Shown in pieces: positions 1-14,235 of a DNA stretch of 64,000 bases (position 1 is the stretch's first letter; every line of letters starts with the position of its first letter). The DNA comes from Squalus acanthias. Its lineage: Eukaryota. The DNA lies in the NCBI GenBank assembly GCA_030390025.1, contig JASTWF010000034.1, forward strand, positions 3,038,001 to 3,102,000, in the 5' to 3' direction. Both the position numbers and the translations under genes were made by a program. Below the pieces are notes generated by a model. The model was not told where the DNA came from and did no database searches. It saw nothing but the letters and a program-made list of their open reading frames with translations.

Positions 1-3000
1 GAAATGGTACCCTCTAGACCGGGGAATAAAGTTACAGTTAATTGTTAATTTCGACATGGGGCCCTCTACACTGGGGAATATAGTTACAGTTCATTGTTAA
101 TTGAGACGTGATATCCTTCAATCCGGGGAATAATTTTACAGTTAATTGTTAATTTAGACATGATAAACTCTGCACTGTGGATTAAAGTAACAGATAATTG
201 TTAATTTAGACATGATATCCTCTACACCATAGAATAAAGCTACAGTTAATGTTTACTTTGACATGATATCCTGTACACGAGAGAATAAATTTACAGTTAA
301 TTTTTAATCTGACATAATATCCTCTACACCGTGGAATAAAGTTAATTTAATTGTTAATTTGACATGATATCCTCTACACTGGGGAAAAATGTTACAGTTA
401 ATTGTTAATTTAGACATGATACTCTCTGCACCAGAGATTAAAGTTAAAGTTATGTGTTAATTTGGACATGATACCCTCTACACCAGAAAATAAAGTTACA
501 GTTAATTGTTGAATTTACATGATACCCTCAACACTGTGGAATAAAGTTACAGTTATTTTTTTTAACATGGTAATCTGTACACTGGGGAATACAGATACAG
601 TTAATTTGAAATGGTACCCTCTACACCGGGAAAAAAAATACAGTTAATTGTTAATTTTGACATGATACACTCTACACCCTGAAATAAAGTTAAAGTCAAT
701 TGTTAGTTTGATATGATACCCTCGACACCGTGGAATAAAGTGAAGATCAATCGTTAAATTAGACATTAAATCCTCTAAACCGGGGAATAACGTTACAGTT
801 AATTGTTAATTCGACATGCTGTCCAATACACTGGTGAATAAAGTTATTGTTAATTGTTAATTTCGACGTGACGCCCTCTACACCGGTGAATAAAGTTACA
901 GTTAATTGTTAATTTAGATATGATGCCTTCTACATACGGGAATAAATTTACCGTTATTTGTTAGTCCAGATATGATTCCCTCCGCACCGTGAAATAAAGT
1001 TACAGTTAATTGTAAATTAAGAAAAGATTCCCACCACACCAGGGAATAAAGTTACTGTCAATTGCTAATTTGACATGATACCCTCTACACCAGAGTATAA
1101 AGTTACAGTTAATTGTTAATTTAGAAATGATACCCTCTACACCGGGGAATAAAGTTACAGTTAATTGTTAATTTGACATGATACCCTCTACACTGGGGAA
1201 TAAAGTTACAGTTAAATGTTAATTTGACATGATTCCCTCTACACTGGGGAATTAAGTTACAGTTAATTGTTAATTTGAAATTATGCCCTCTAAACCGGGG
1301 AATAAAGTTACAGTTAATTGTTAATTTAGACATGATACCTTCTACACAGGCGAATAAATTTAAAGTTAATTGTTAATTTAGACATGATTTTCTCTTCACG
1401 GGGGAATAAAGTTGCAGTTAATTGTTAATTTAGAAATGATTCCTTCTACATCGCAGAATAAATTTACAGTTCATTGTTAATTGAGACATGATAACCTTGA
1501 CAATGGGGAATAAAGGTATAGTTAATAGTTAATTTAGGCATGATGAGCTCTGCACTGTGGATTAAAGTAACAGATATTGGTTAATTTAGACATGATATCC
1601 TCTACACCAGGGAATAAAGTTACAGTTAATTTTTAATTTAAATTATATCCTGTACACAAGAGAATACATTTACACTAAATTTGAATTTGACATGATACCC
1701 TCGACACCGGGGAATAAAGTTACAGTTAATTATTAATTTGACATGATACCCTCTACACCGGGGAATAAAGTTACAGTTAATTGTTAATTCGACATGATGT
1801 CCGCTACACTGGGGAATAATGTTATAGTTAATTGTTAATTTCGACGTGATGCCCTCTACACCGGTGAATAAAGTTATAGTTAATTGTTAATTTAGATATG
1901 ATGCCTTCTACATACGGGAATAAATTTACAGTTATTTGTTAATTCAGATATGTTTCCCTCCACACCTTTAAACAAATTTACAGTTAATTGTAAGTTAAGA
2001 AAACATTCCCACCACACCAGGGAATAAAGTTACTGTCAATTGCTAATTTGACGTGATACTCTCTACACCTGGGTATAAAGTTACAGTTAATTGTTAAAAT
2101 AGACATCTTGGCCTCTACACTGAGGAGATAAGGTTACAGGTAATTGTTAATTTGACATGATACCCTCTACAACGGGGAATAAAGTTACAGTTAATTGTTA
2201 CTTTGACATGCTACCCTCTACACCGGGGAATAAAGTTACAGTTAATTGTTAATTTTACATGATGCACTCAACACCGGGGAATAAATTTGAAGCGATTTGT
2301 TAATCTGTCATGATACCCTCTATACTGGGGAATAAAGTTACAGTTAATTGTTAATTTAGACATTGAAGGATCCAGCTTGTTCCCAAAGAACTCTGGGATA
2401 CTTGACTACATTACCCTCTACTTATTTCGGATAGTAGGTTTAGCTAATTAAGGCATATTTGTAGACTGGAAGGTGCCTCTCTCCCCTTATCAAACCTTGG
2501 GATATATGTATTCACAACCTCAGTAGAGCCATTGTCAAAGCACAGCCTGGCCTCCCAAGAGATAAGGGAGCAATTAACAACCAACACAGTTCCAGGCACG
2601 GTGGGTACATCTACTATTCGAACCTGGTCGCCCAAGAGATAAGGGAGCAATTAATGACCAACACGGTTCCAGTCACGGAGCATCCAAGCCATTACGGCCT
2701 TGAGCCACCCCGCTCTGTCCGACAGCCAGGGATAAAATATGTTTTCTCAAACTATAAACTATGCCCGCAAAGGAAGAGATAACAGCAAGAATTTGGGGAG
2801 TAGGATGAGGCAACCAACATCTGTGACTGGCATGGTCAGGGTTCAAGGGGAGGGCCCGACAGTTGAGTGACTAACCATATAACCAATAGAGAGTAACTGT
2901 AGTGACACTGTTTGTACGTGTACGCCCCATTCTGTAGTAAGTGGGCGGTGCTTATAGAAATGTATAACTTGAATGAACCATTACTTGTTCCTCAGAGAGT

Positions 3001-6000
3001 GCGCCCCAAGCTTGAGGAAGCTGAGTGGCTCTCCCTTGTGCACAAGTCTTTTGTTTATTTTAATAAATTCTGAACTTGTCCTCAATTCCGTCTCCGTCTA
3101 GAGTTTCTCCAAATTCGAATCTAACAACATGATACCCTTTATACCAGGTAAAAAAAGTTACAGCTAATTGTTAATTTGACATGATCACCTCTGCACTGGG
3201 GAATAAAGTTTCAGTTAATTGTTAATTTGACATGATACCCTCTACACTGGGGAATTACGTTACAGTTAATTGTTAATTTGACAAGATGACCTCTACCCCG
3301 GGGAATAAAGTTACAGTTCATTGTTAATTGAGAGACGATACCCTCTACACCGGGGAATAAGTTTACAGTTAATTTTTAATTTTGATTTGATACACGCTAC
3401 ACCGGGGAATAAAAGTGCACTCAATTGTTAATTTGACATGATACCCTCTGCACCGGGGAATAAAGTAAATGTCAATTGTTAATTTAGACATGATATCCTC
3501 TACACCAGGGAATAAAGTTACAGTTAATTTTTAATTTAAATTATATCCTGTACACAAGAGAATATATTTACACTAAATTTTAATTTGACATGATACCCTC
3601 TACACCGGGGAATAAAGTTACAGTTAATTATTAATTTGACATGATACCCTCTACACCAGGGAATAAAGTTACAGTTAATTTTTAATATAAATTATATCCT
3701 GTACACAAGAGAATATATTTACAGTAAATTTTAATTTGACATGATATCCGCTACACTGGGGAAAAAAGTTACAGTTAATTATTAATTTGACATGATACCC
3801 TCTACACCGGGGAATAAAGTTACAGTTAATTGTTAATTTTGACATGATACCCTCTACACCGGGGAATAAAGTTACAGTTACTGTTAATTTGACATGATAC
3901 CCTCTACACTGGGGAATAAAGTTACAGTTAATTGTTAATTCTGACATGATACCCTCTACGCCGGGGAATAAACTTACAGTTACTGTTAATTTGACATGAT
4001 ACCTTCTACACTGGGGAATAAAGTTACAGTTAACTGTTAATTTGACATGATATCCTCTACACCGGGGATTAAAGTTATCGTTAATTGTTAATTTAGACAT
4101 GATGCCCTCTACACCAGAAAATAAAGTTACACTTAATTGTTGAATTTACATGATGCGCTCTGCACTGTGGAATAAAGTTACAGTTAATTTTGTTTAACAT
4201 TGTAATCTCTACACTGGTATACAAAGATACAGTTAGTTTGAAATGGTATCCTCTACACCGGGGAATAAAGTTACAGTTAATTGTTAATTTGACATGATAA
4301 CCTCTATACCGGGGAATAAAATTACAGTTAATTGTTAATTTGACATGATACCCTCGACACCGGGGAATAAAGTAAAGATCAATCGTTAAATTAGACATTA
4401 TATCCTCTACACCGGGGAATAACGTTACAGTTAATTGTTAATTCGACATGATGTCCACTACACTGGTGAACAATGTTATTGTTAATTGTTAATTTCGACG
4501 TGACGCCCTCTACACCGGTGAATAAAGTTACAGTTAATTGTTAATTTAGATATGATGCCTTCTACATACGGGAATACATTTACCGTTACTTGCTAATTCA
4601 GATATGTTTCCCTCCACATCGTGAAATAAAGTTACAGTTAATTGTAAATTAAGAAAAGATTCCCACCACACCAGGGAATAAAGTTACTGTCAATTGCTGA
4701 TTTGACATGATACCCTCTACACCAGGGTATAAAGTTACAGTTAATTGTTAATTTAGACATGATACCCTCTACACCAGGGAATAAAATTACAGTTAATTGT
4801 TAATTTGACATGATACCCTCGGCACCGGGGAATAAAGTAAATGTCAATTGTTAATTTAGACATGAAGCCCTCTACAGCAGGGAGTAAATTACAGATAATT
4901 GTTAATTTGACATGATATCCTCTACACTGGGGAATAATGTTAAAGTTAATTGTTAATTTGTCATGATGTCCGCTACAGCGGGGATTAAAGTTATAGCTAA
5001 ATGTTAATTTCAACGTGATGCCCTCTACACTGGTGAATAAAGTTACAGTTCATTGTTAATTTAGACATGATACCTTCTACACATGGGACTAAATGTACAG
5101 TTATTTGAAAATTTAGATATGTTTCCCTCCACACTGTGAAATCTTGTTACAGTGAATTGTAAATTAAGAAAAGTTTCCACCACACCAGGGAATAAAGTTA
5201 CTGTCAATTGCTAATTTGACATTATATCCTCTACACCGGGGAATACAGTTACCTTTAATTGTTAATTTAGACATGATACCCTCTACACCAGAAAATAAAG
5301 TTACAGATAATTGTTGAATTTTCATCATACGCTCTACATTGTGGAATAAAGTTACAGTTTTTTTTTAACATGTTAATCTCTACACTGGGGAATAAACAGT
5401 ACAATTATTTGAAATGGTACCCTCCACACCGGGGAATTAAGTTACAGGTAATTGTTAATTTGACATGATACCCTCTACACCGGGGAATAAAGTTACAGTT
5501 AATTGTTGATTTTACATGATGACCACAACACCGGGGAATAAAGTTGAAGTTAATTGTTAATCTGTCATGATACCCTCTACACTGGGGAATAAAATTACAG
5601 TAAATTGTCAATTTAGACATGAGACCCTCTACACCAGAGAATAAAGTTACAGCTAATTGCTGAAATGACGTGATACCCTCCACACTGTGTAATAAAGTTA
5701 CAGTCAATTTTTTTGAACATGATAATCTCTACACCGGGGAATAAAGAGGCACTTAATTGGAAATGGTACCCTCTAGACCGGGGAATAAAGTTACAGTTAA
5801 TTGTTAATTTCGACATGGGGCCCTCTACACTGGGGAATATAGTTACAGTTCATTGTTAATTGAGACGTGATAACCTTTAATCTGGGGACTAATTTTACAG
5901 TTAATTGTTAATTTAGACATGATAAACTCTGCACTGTGGATTAAAGTAACAGATAATTGTTAATTTAGACATGATATCCTCTACACCACAGAATAAAGCT

Positions 6001-9000
6001 ACAGTTAATGTTTAATTTGACATGATATCCTGTACACGAGAGAATAAATTTACAGTTAATTTTTAATCTGACATAATATCCTCTACACTGGGGAATAAAG
6101 TTAATTTAATTGTTAATTTGACATGATATCCTCTACACTGGGGAAACATGTTACAGTTAATTGTTAATTTAGACATGATACCCTCTACACCAGAAAATAA
6201 AGTTACACTTAATTGTTGAATTTACATGATTCCCTCAACACTGTGGAATAAAGTTACAGTGAATTTTTTTTAACATGGTAATCTCTACACTGGGGAATAT
6301 AGATACAGTTAATTTGAAATGGTACCCACTACACCGGGAAAAGAATTACAGTTAATTGTTAATTTTGACATGATACACTCTACACCCTGGAATAAAGTTA
6401 AAGTCAATTGTTAGTTTGAAATGAAACCCTCGACACCGGGGAATAAAGTAAAGATCAATCGTTAAATTAGACATTAAATCCTCCACACCGGGGAATAACG
6501 TTACAGTTAATTGTTAATTCGACATGATGTCCACTACACTGGTGAATAAAGTTATTGTTAATTGTTAATTTCGACGCGACGCCCTCTACACCGGTGAATA
6601 AAGTTACAGTTAATTGTTAATTTAGATATTATGCCTTCTACATACGGGAATACATTTACCGTTATTTGTTAATTCAGATATGTTTCCCTCCACACCGTGA
6701 AATAAAGTTACAGTTAATTGTAAATTAAGAAAAGATTCCCACCACACCAGGGAATAAAGTTACTGTCAATTGCTAATTTGACATGATACCCTCTACACCA
6801 GGGTATAAAGTTACAGTTAATTGTTAATTTAGACATGATACCCTCTGCACTGGGGAATAAAGTTACAGTTAATTGTTAATTTGACATGATGCCCTCAACA
6901 CCGGAGAATAAAGTTACAGTTAATTGTTAATTTTAAATGATGCGCTCAACACCGGGGAATAAAGTTGAAGTGATTTGTTAATCTGTGATGATAACCTCTA
7001 TACTGGGGAATAAAGTTACAGCTAATTGTTAATTTGACATGATAACCTCTGCACTGGGGAATAAAGTTACAGTTAATTGTTAATTTGACATGATATCCTC
7101 TACACTGGGGAATAAAGTTACAGTGCATTGTTAATTGAGAGACGATACCCTCTACACCGGGGAATAAGTTTACAGTTAATTGTTAATTGAGACATGATAC
7201 GCACTACACCAGAAAATAAAGTTACACTTAATTGTTAATTTGACATGATGCCCTCTGCACTGCGGAATAAAGTTACAGTTAATTGTTAATTTGACATGAT
7301 ACACTCTACACCGGGGAATAAAATTACACTCAATTGTAAATTTGACATGATACCCTCTGTACCGGGGAATAAAGTAAATGTCAATTGTTAAATTAGGCAT
7401 GAAACCCTCGACGACAGGGAATAAAGTTAGAGTTAATTATTAATTTGATTTGATATCCTCTACACTGGGGAATAATGTTAAAGTTAATTGTTAATTTTGA
7501 AATGATAACCTCTGCACAGGAGGATAATGTTACAGTTAATTGTTAATTTGACATGATGACCTCTACACTGCGGAATAACATTACAGTTACATGTTAATTT
7601 TGACATGATGCCCTCTACACCGGGGAATAAAGTTACAGTTAATTATTAATTTGACATGATACCCTCTACACTGGGGAATAAAGTTACAGTTAACTGTTAA
7701 TTTATAAATGATACCCTCTACAATGGGGTATAACATTAAAGTTAATTATTTATTTGATATGATCCCTCTTTTCCAGAGTATAAAGTTACAGTTAATTGTA
7801 AATTTGACATGATTCCCTCTACACCGGGGAATTAAGTTACAGTTAATTGTTAATTTGAAATTATGCCCTCCACACCGGGGAATAAAGTTACAGTTAATTG
7901 TTAATTTAGAAAAGATACCTTCTACACTGGGGAATAAATTTAAAGTTAATTGTTAATTTAGACACGATACCCTCTACATCGGGGAATAAAGTTACAGTTA
8001 ATTGTTTATTTAGACATGATTTTCGCTACACAGGGGAATAAAGTTACATTTAATTGTTAATTTAGACTTGATATTCTCTACACAGGGGAATAAAGTTACA
8101 GTTAATTGTTAATTTAGAAATGATTCCTTCTACATCGCAGAATAAATTTACAGTTCATTGTTAATTGAGACATGATAGCCTTGACAATGGGGAATAAATG
8201 TACAGTTAAATGTTAATTTAGACATGATAAACTCTGCACTGTGGATTAAAATAACAGATAATTGTTAAATTAGACATGATATCCTCTACACAAGGGAATA
8301 AGGTTACAGTTAATTTTTAATTTAAATTATATTCTGTACACAAGAGAATACATTTACAGTAAATTTTAATTTGACATGATATCCGCTACACTGGGAAAAA
8401 AAGTTACAGTTAATTGTTAATTTAGACATGATACCCTCTACTCCAGAGAATAAAATTACAGTTAATTGTTAATTTGACATGATGCCCTCTACACTGCGGA
8501 ATGAAATTACAGTTACATGTTAATTTTGACATGATGCCCTCTACACCGGTGAATAAAGTTGCAGTTAATTATTAATTTGACATGATACCCTCTACACCGG
8601 GAAATAAAGTTACAGTTAATTGCTAATGTTGACATGATACCCTCTACACCGGGGAATAAAGTTACAGTTAATTGTTAATTTGACATGATACCCTCTACAC
8701 TGGGGAATAAAGTTACAGTTAATTGTTAATTTGAGATGATATCCTCTACACTGGGGAATAATGTTCAAGTTAATTGTTAATTTGACATGTTGCCTCTGCA
8801 TTGGAGAATAAAGTTACAGTTAATTGTTAATTTGACATTATGCACTCTACATCGGGGAATAAAGTTACAGAGAATTGTTAATTTAAACATGATGCCCTCT
8901 ACACTGGGGAATAAAGTTACAGTTAATTGTTAATTTAGACATGATACCTTCTACACAGGGGAATAAAGGTACAGTTAATTGTTAATTTAGACAGGATTCC

Positions 9001-9692
9001 CTCAACACCGGGGAATATAGTTACAGTTAATTGTTGATTTAGAGGTGATACCCTCTACATCGGGGGAATAACGTTACAGTTAATTGTTAATTTAGACATA
9101 ATTCCTTCTACATCGGGTAATAAAGTTACAGTTAATTGTTAATTTGACATGATGCCCTCAACACCAGTGAATATAGTTACACTTAACATTTAATTTGAAA
9201 TGATGCCTCTACAACGGGGAATAAAGTTACAGTTAATTGTTAATTTAGACATGATGCCCTCTACACCGGGGAATAAAGTTACAGTTAATTGTTAATTTTT
9301 AAATGATACCCTGTACACCGGGGAATAAAATTATAGTTAATTGTTAATTTAAACATGATACCTTCTACAAAGGACACTAAAGTTACATTTAATTCTTTAT
9401 TTAGACATGATTCCCTCCACACCGGGGAATATAGTTACAGTTAATTGCTAATTTTGACATAATACCATCCACACCGGGTAATAAAGTTACAGTTAATTAT
9501 TAATTTAGACATGATACCCTGTACACCAGAGAATAAAGTTACAGTTAATTGTTGAATTGACATGATACCCTCCACACTGTGGAATATAGTTACAGTCATT
9601 TTTTTAACATGATAATCTCTACACGGGGGAATAAATGTACAGTTATTGTTAATTTCGACATGATACATTCTACACCGGGGAATAAAGTTAAT
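1..9692. repeat. 51/52-bp satellite array (continues beyond window start)
   Basis: Monomer GACATGATACCCTCTACACCGGGGAATAAAGTTACAGTTAATTGTTAATTT(A) repeated head-to-tail; the 17-aa periodic minus-strand ORFs (YHVKLTINCNFIPRCRG) reflect the 51-bp period. Ends abruptly at the Harbinger TIR. Confidence 0.97.
2364..3126 (+). mobile_element. Solo LTR inserted in the satellite
   Basis: 763 bp non-satellite block, TG...CA ends (TGAAGGA...TCTAACA), flanked by 4-bp TSD ACAT (2360-2363, 3127-3130); AATAAA at 3062-3067; internal direct repeat at ~2561-2601 / ~2638-2678. Confidence 0.9.
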
Positions 9693-10469
9693 GGCCCAAA
9701 AATTAGTCTCAGTATGCGAGAGTACGCACTGTGTACTCTCGCGTATTCTGTCTCCAATTGCCGGTTTTCTGCATGCACTGCGCATGCGCTGAAAACCGGC
9801 ACTTCATGTTGGTTCACCTGCAGGTATCTCCGTGGAATCGCGTGGGCTGGAGATTCTGCGCGTGCGTCCTGAACTTTAATATTTTTCTGAATGAAAGTAG
9901 TGTGTGTAAGCTCCTAGCAGTTACACATGTAAAAAGCAGGAGTAAGAGACATTTTTGAAGATCCGGAGACAGCAGGAGGAATAAATCCTTTTGCAGTGGG
10001 GCTACTGAAGTGAGTTTTTTTAAATCTGAAAGCCACCAATGTTTATTTAATTAAGTCTTAGGTAAGTTTGCAATTTTAAAAAAAGTTAAAAACGGGTTTT
10101 GACCATTTGGAGTAGTATAGGAACTGTGGGTGTGTACAAGGCATATTTAGGTATCTATCATAAATGTGAAAATGAAAGTTTAAAAATGAACTATTTACAT
10201 TTCAAAAAGTTTTAAAGATGAAAATGAGTAAGTAAGTATGTATGTATGTATGTATGCATGTATGCATTAATTTATGAAAATGTTACAGTTCTGGAAAATC
10301 AACTAGGGCCGTGTGGCGGGTAGATGTGCTCCCAATCCGATAGCGCACGTTTCCCACCATAGCCCGACCTGATTTTATAGCCACTCACTTTACTAAAGTT
10401 ACTTTAACAACTATTTCCATTTTTTCATTACAACTTTCTCTTTGAAGAGGAAGCCTGTGAGGGAGAAAG

Positions 10470-11618
10470 ATGCCCTTTCACTATCAATTCTTGTTCCTCT
10501 GTGGGATTGTGTATCAGTGAATTTTTGACGCCAGACAACAAATCAGAAGGAGGAACCAAGCCCGTCTCCTCCTGAGAAGGAGAAACTACTACCCACCAAA
10601 TAGAGTGTACAGGGAGAGGCTGTCATTTGAGATGCTGTCGGAGGAGTTGTGTGTGAGGAGGCTGCGCTTCAGTAAAGAGTCAATTGGCCGAATCTGTGAG
10701 ATGTTAAAGGAGGACCTTCAAACACGCTCGAAGAGCCGCACTGCATTGTCAGTGAGCATGAAGGTAACCACAGAACTGAACTTCTTTGCAAGTGGGACTT
10801 TTCAGGCAAGCACCGGTGACATTTCCAACATATCCAAGAATGCTGCGAGGGCCTGCATTCACCAGGTCACAGAAGCCATTTTCCGTAGGGCTTCTGAGTT
10901 CATTAACTATGACTTGTCCGCTCGCCATCAAAAGGAGATGGCGCTTGCATTTCATAACATTGCTGGATTCCCCAAAGTGATTGGGGTCTTCGATTGTACC
11001 CATGTAGCATTGAAGGCACCAGGGGTTGCACCTGTGACATTTATCAACAGGAAGGGGTTTCATTCATTGAATGTCCAGATTGTCTGTGATGCGCATCTCA
11101 GGATTTTAAATGTGAATGCAAGTAACCGTGGAAGTAATCATGACTCCTTCGTCCTCCGTAACTCTAACTTATATGGCGCCCTCAACGCATTGCCTCCAGG
11201 ATCCGCATGGATATTGGGCGACAAGGGCTACCCGCTAAGACCATGGCTGATGACTCCCTACCGCAAGACCAATAATGAGGCTCAGGAGAGATACAACCAG
11301 GCACACGTGTCCACACGGCAAGTGGTGGAGAGGACAATCAGACTTCTGAAATCACGCTTCCGGTGCCTGGACAGGTCAGGGGGGACCTTGCAGTATTCTC
11401 CTCTGAAAGTGGCAAAGATTGTGGTGGCCGGTTATGCTTTGCATAACTTTGCCCTGCGGGAAGGACTGACCCTTAACGCTGCAGAGGAACTACCTGCTGA
11501 AATGGAGGACGTGGACAATGCCAATGTGCCTGTGGGAAGGCCTGATGGGGACGAACCAAGTGCTGCTCAAAGTAAGGCTGTTCCGGAGCAGCTGGTAGCC
11601 AACACCTTCACGAGGTAG
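10470..11618 (+). pseudogene. Harbinger (HARBI1-family, DDE_Tnp_4) transposase with one premature stop
   Basis: Motifs GVFDCTHV, FINRKGFHSLNVQIVCD, GSNHDS, ILGDKGYP, RQVVERTIRLLKSRFRCL, ALHN. ATG at 10470 is in frame with ORF 10605-11618 but interrupted by TGA at 10518-10520; remainder open. Confidence 0.9.
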
Positions 11619-12157
11619 TGTCGCCTTGTACCTCCCCCTCCCCCTCCCTCTCCCCCAGCAAGGAAAAGAAAGGAACAGACACAATTTAAAGTGAAACAGT
11701 GCTCTTTCATTGCAGCATTAAAGACTTCTGAGGTTCAGTGTTGATGTACATAGTTTAGAACTTTTCAATGTTAACTAGCTATTTTCAGCTTTTCAAACAT
11801 TCGTAAACATAAATAGGTTAGAATAAAATTTGTAAACAGTTTACAGTGACTTTTTTGGTTTGTTACTGCAAAAAAGACATTCAAGATGGAAAATAACTGT
11901 TTTCTAAATCTAAAAGAGTTTTAATGTTAAATTATTTTTTCAAATAAACAATTTGAATTTTTTCAAAGTGAAAAGAGTCTGTACTTTTTCAATGAAAAGG
12001 TTACATACACTTTCAGTGACAAATATATATTTCAATAAAAAAAACAATGAAAACATGTAACTTTTAAATTAAACGAAAAATTAAACAATTGAACGATTTA
12101 CCCGCTCGCATCTATGCCTGAGGGTCAATGGATGTGCATTGTGGAAAAGGTAACACC

Positions 12158-13752
12158 CTACCGTCTACTGCGCTTTCCCGCTCCCCGTGACCGGATTCCT
12201 CTGCTGCGACTTGAAAGGGACCTGTTTGCCATCTCTTGCCCTTCAGCAATTGCCTCCTGACAGGGTTGCTGCTGCTGCTGCAGCTGCTGCTGCTGCTGCT
12301 GCAAGGCAATGTTTGCTTGCATCATAGCTGACGAACCAGCTGGCTCTTGGACCTGCACTGTTTCTGCGCTGGGAGCAGGTAAGGGCGGTTCTGCGGGAGT
12401 CACAGTAATGGCAGCAGAAGGTGGTTGAAGCATGTGCAAGAGTCCAACGAGAGACTCATTTATTTTATGAAGCTCCATTCTCACATCTGGTTTCTGCAAG
12501 ATTCCAATGAGAGACTCATTTATTTTATGAAGCTCCATTCCCACATTTGGTTTCTGAAAGAGTCCAATGAGAGACTCATTCATTTGATTAAATGACATGT
12601 ACATAGAATCCATTCCCTGCCTGATCGAGGCAAGACACTCAACTTGTTTCTCTGTAAGAGAACACATCGATTGCCTCAACCCTTCAAGATGGTGGATCTG
12701 ACCTTGTAACTCCTGTTCTGTTGCATGTATATCTGCATGCATATCTGTTTCTCCCACATGCACTGCAGTATCAAGCTGTTGTCTGTCTGGCACAGAGCCA
12801 GAGGGGCCAGGAGATGGAGAGGACCTCTCCAGCAACCCAGATTCCAGATCCTCCAGTTCCAGTACAGCAACAATTTCCTCTTGCTCCTCCACCACCACCA
12901 CCTCACTCGCAGCTCCCATTGCCTCAACATGCCCTTCCCCAAAGCCCTCTTCGGCTGCAGACTCAACGCACTGCTCATCCCGCGAGTGAGAAGTCTGCTG
13001 TAAACCTATGGAAAGGAAACAGTTAATATTAGCAAAGGTAAAGCATGATGTTCCACATCACAGAAGCTGATATTCAACACACATCACCTGCGTCGATTGG
13101 TTCAGCTTCAAAGGGGCAGCCGCTATGAAATCCGAATAGATGCTCGAGCCTTTCCTCATGTTCAGTTAAAGCCCTTAACGTGACAACACGCCCGCCTGTC
13201 AGTGCACGTTCTCTGGCGTTGTGAGCAGTTTTAGTCTAAAATGAAAACAGAAAATATGAAATGTCATGAAATGTAAGGTTTTTACAACCAAACTGCATTG
13301 GCACACACACAGTTAACTCACTAAACAACTCAAAGCAGTGGAATCAAGATAAGAGCACAATGGATGACCCTGCCTTGGCCCCAAAAGCCATAAAAATTTA
13401 TGGCAGCATCTTGTGACTGCAGTTAACTCAGTTGAGTAAACAAACACATACATATCTTTATTTAAAAGTAGTTCACTTAAATTTAAATACATTTTACATT
13501 TGACTTTTGTAATAACTATACAAACCTTGAGAGTTCACAATAAATCACTGAATTTCTTGCGTCATTGTTCTGCTGTCCGTGGAATGGTGGAGTTCGCGCT
13601 TACAACCAAGCTAACATTTGGCCTTTTCGTGGGGCTTTGGACTTCTCAGTTCCAATGATCCTTACGCGCTTCACCTCAACCTCGTCGAGGAGTGTGCTGA
13701 GATCAGCGTCACTGAAATTTTGAGTTCTTTTGATAATTTGAATATTGCTCAT
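12158..13752 (-). pseudogene. Harbinger Myb/SANT-like DNA-binding gene of H1, 3 exons (13752-13526, 13235-13088, 13005-12158)
   Basis: Exon 1 reads MSNIQIIKRTQNFSDADLSTLLDEV...PRTAEQ*RKKFSDLL*TLK (stops, frameshift); GT-AG introns; exon 2 TKTAHNARERALTGG...; exon 3 joins in frame to ORF 12158-12919 (acidic tract, 60-bp/20-aa repeat, polyQ, basic tail). Confidence 0.85.
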
Positions 13753-14235
13753 TGCAGCCACTTTCACTTTGCTGATTAAATAAAGTAAAATGAATGAAAA
13801 ACATGATTTCAGGGTTTTTAAAACTATTTAAATTACTTCAACTCTCTTTACAACTGTTTAAAATTATTCCAATTCATGTAAAAGTCTTCACATGTTTGCA
13901 AAACATGCATTTAAATACGACTTACTTTAATAGCAAGGTCCAGCGTCGGTAGAAATCTCTGTGCTGATGTTTAGAAAGTAGCCTGGAGTGAAAAAAAATT
14001 GGGGGCGTGGCCTATGGTAATGCGACCTTGCAGGGCGTGTCTTCACTGCCCACCACACCGGAGGAAACGCGCACGCTGCGCTGCAGGGCGGTGTGAAGTC
14101 AGACGCTGCACTGCAGTGCTGCTCAGAAAAACCGAAGTTCATGCGGGGGAAATGAAAAACGGCCGAGGCGGTATGTAATATCGCGCGGGATCCTTACCCC
14201 CGCGGCAAGTCTCCGAGTCTAATTTCTGGCCCAAT

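Larger units (their letters stand above)
9693..14232 (+). mobile_element. Full-length PIF/Harbinger DNA transposon (element H1)
   Basis: Imperfect TIRs GGCCCAAAAATTAGTCTCAG / reverse complement GGGCCAGAAATTAGACTCGG; AAT on both flanks (9690-9692, 14233-14235); convergent transposase and Myb/SANT genes. Confidence 0.93.

Noticed and set aside
2364..3126. Solo LTR belonging to R1 or R2
   Set aside because: No similarity to either LTR visible by eye; termini differ.
1121..9785. Cys/His-rich periodic ORFs on the minus strand
   Set aside because: Artefact of a 51-bp unit; 52-bp variants shift frame constantly.
1..11618. Repeat array next to a nuclease gene resembling a CRISPR-like locus
   Set aside because: Monomers are contiguous with no unique spacers; the nuclease is a Harbinger transposase inside its own TIRs; context is vertebrate.
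10605..11618. Domesticated host HARBI1 gene
   Set aside because: Has TIRs, a Myb partner and an upstream in-frame stop; it is a transposon copy, so no gene symbol given.
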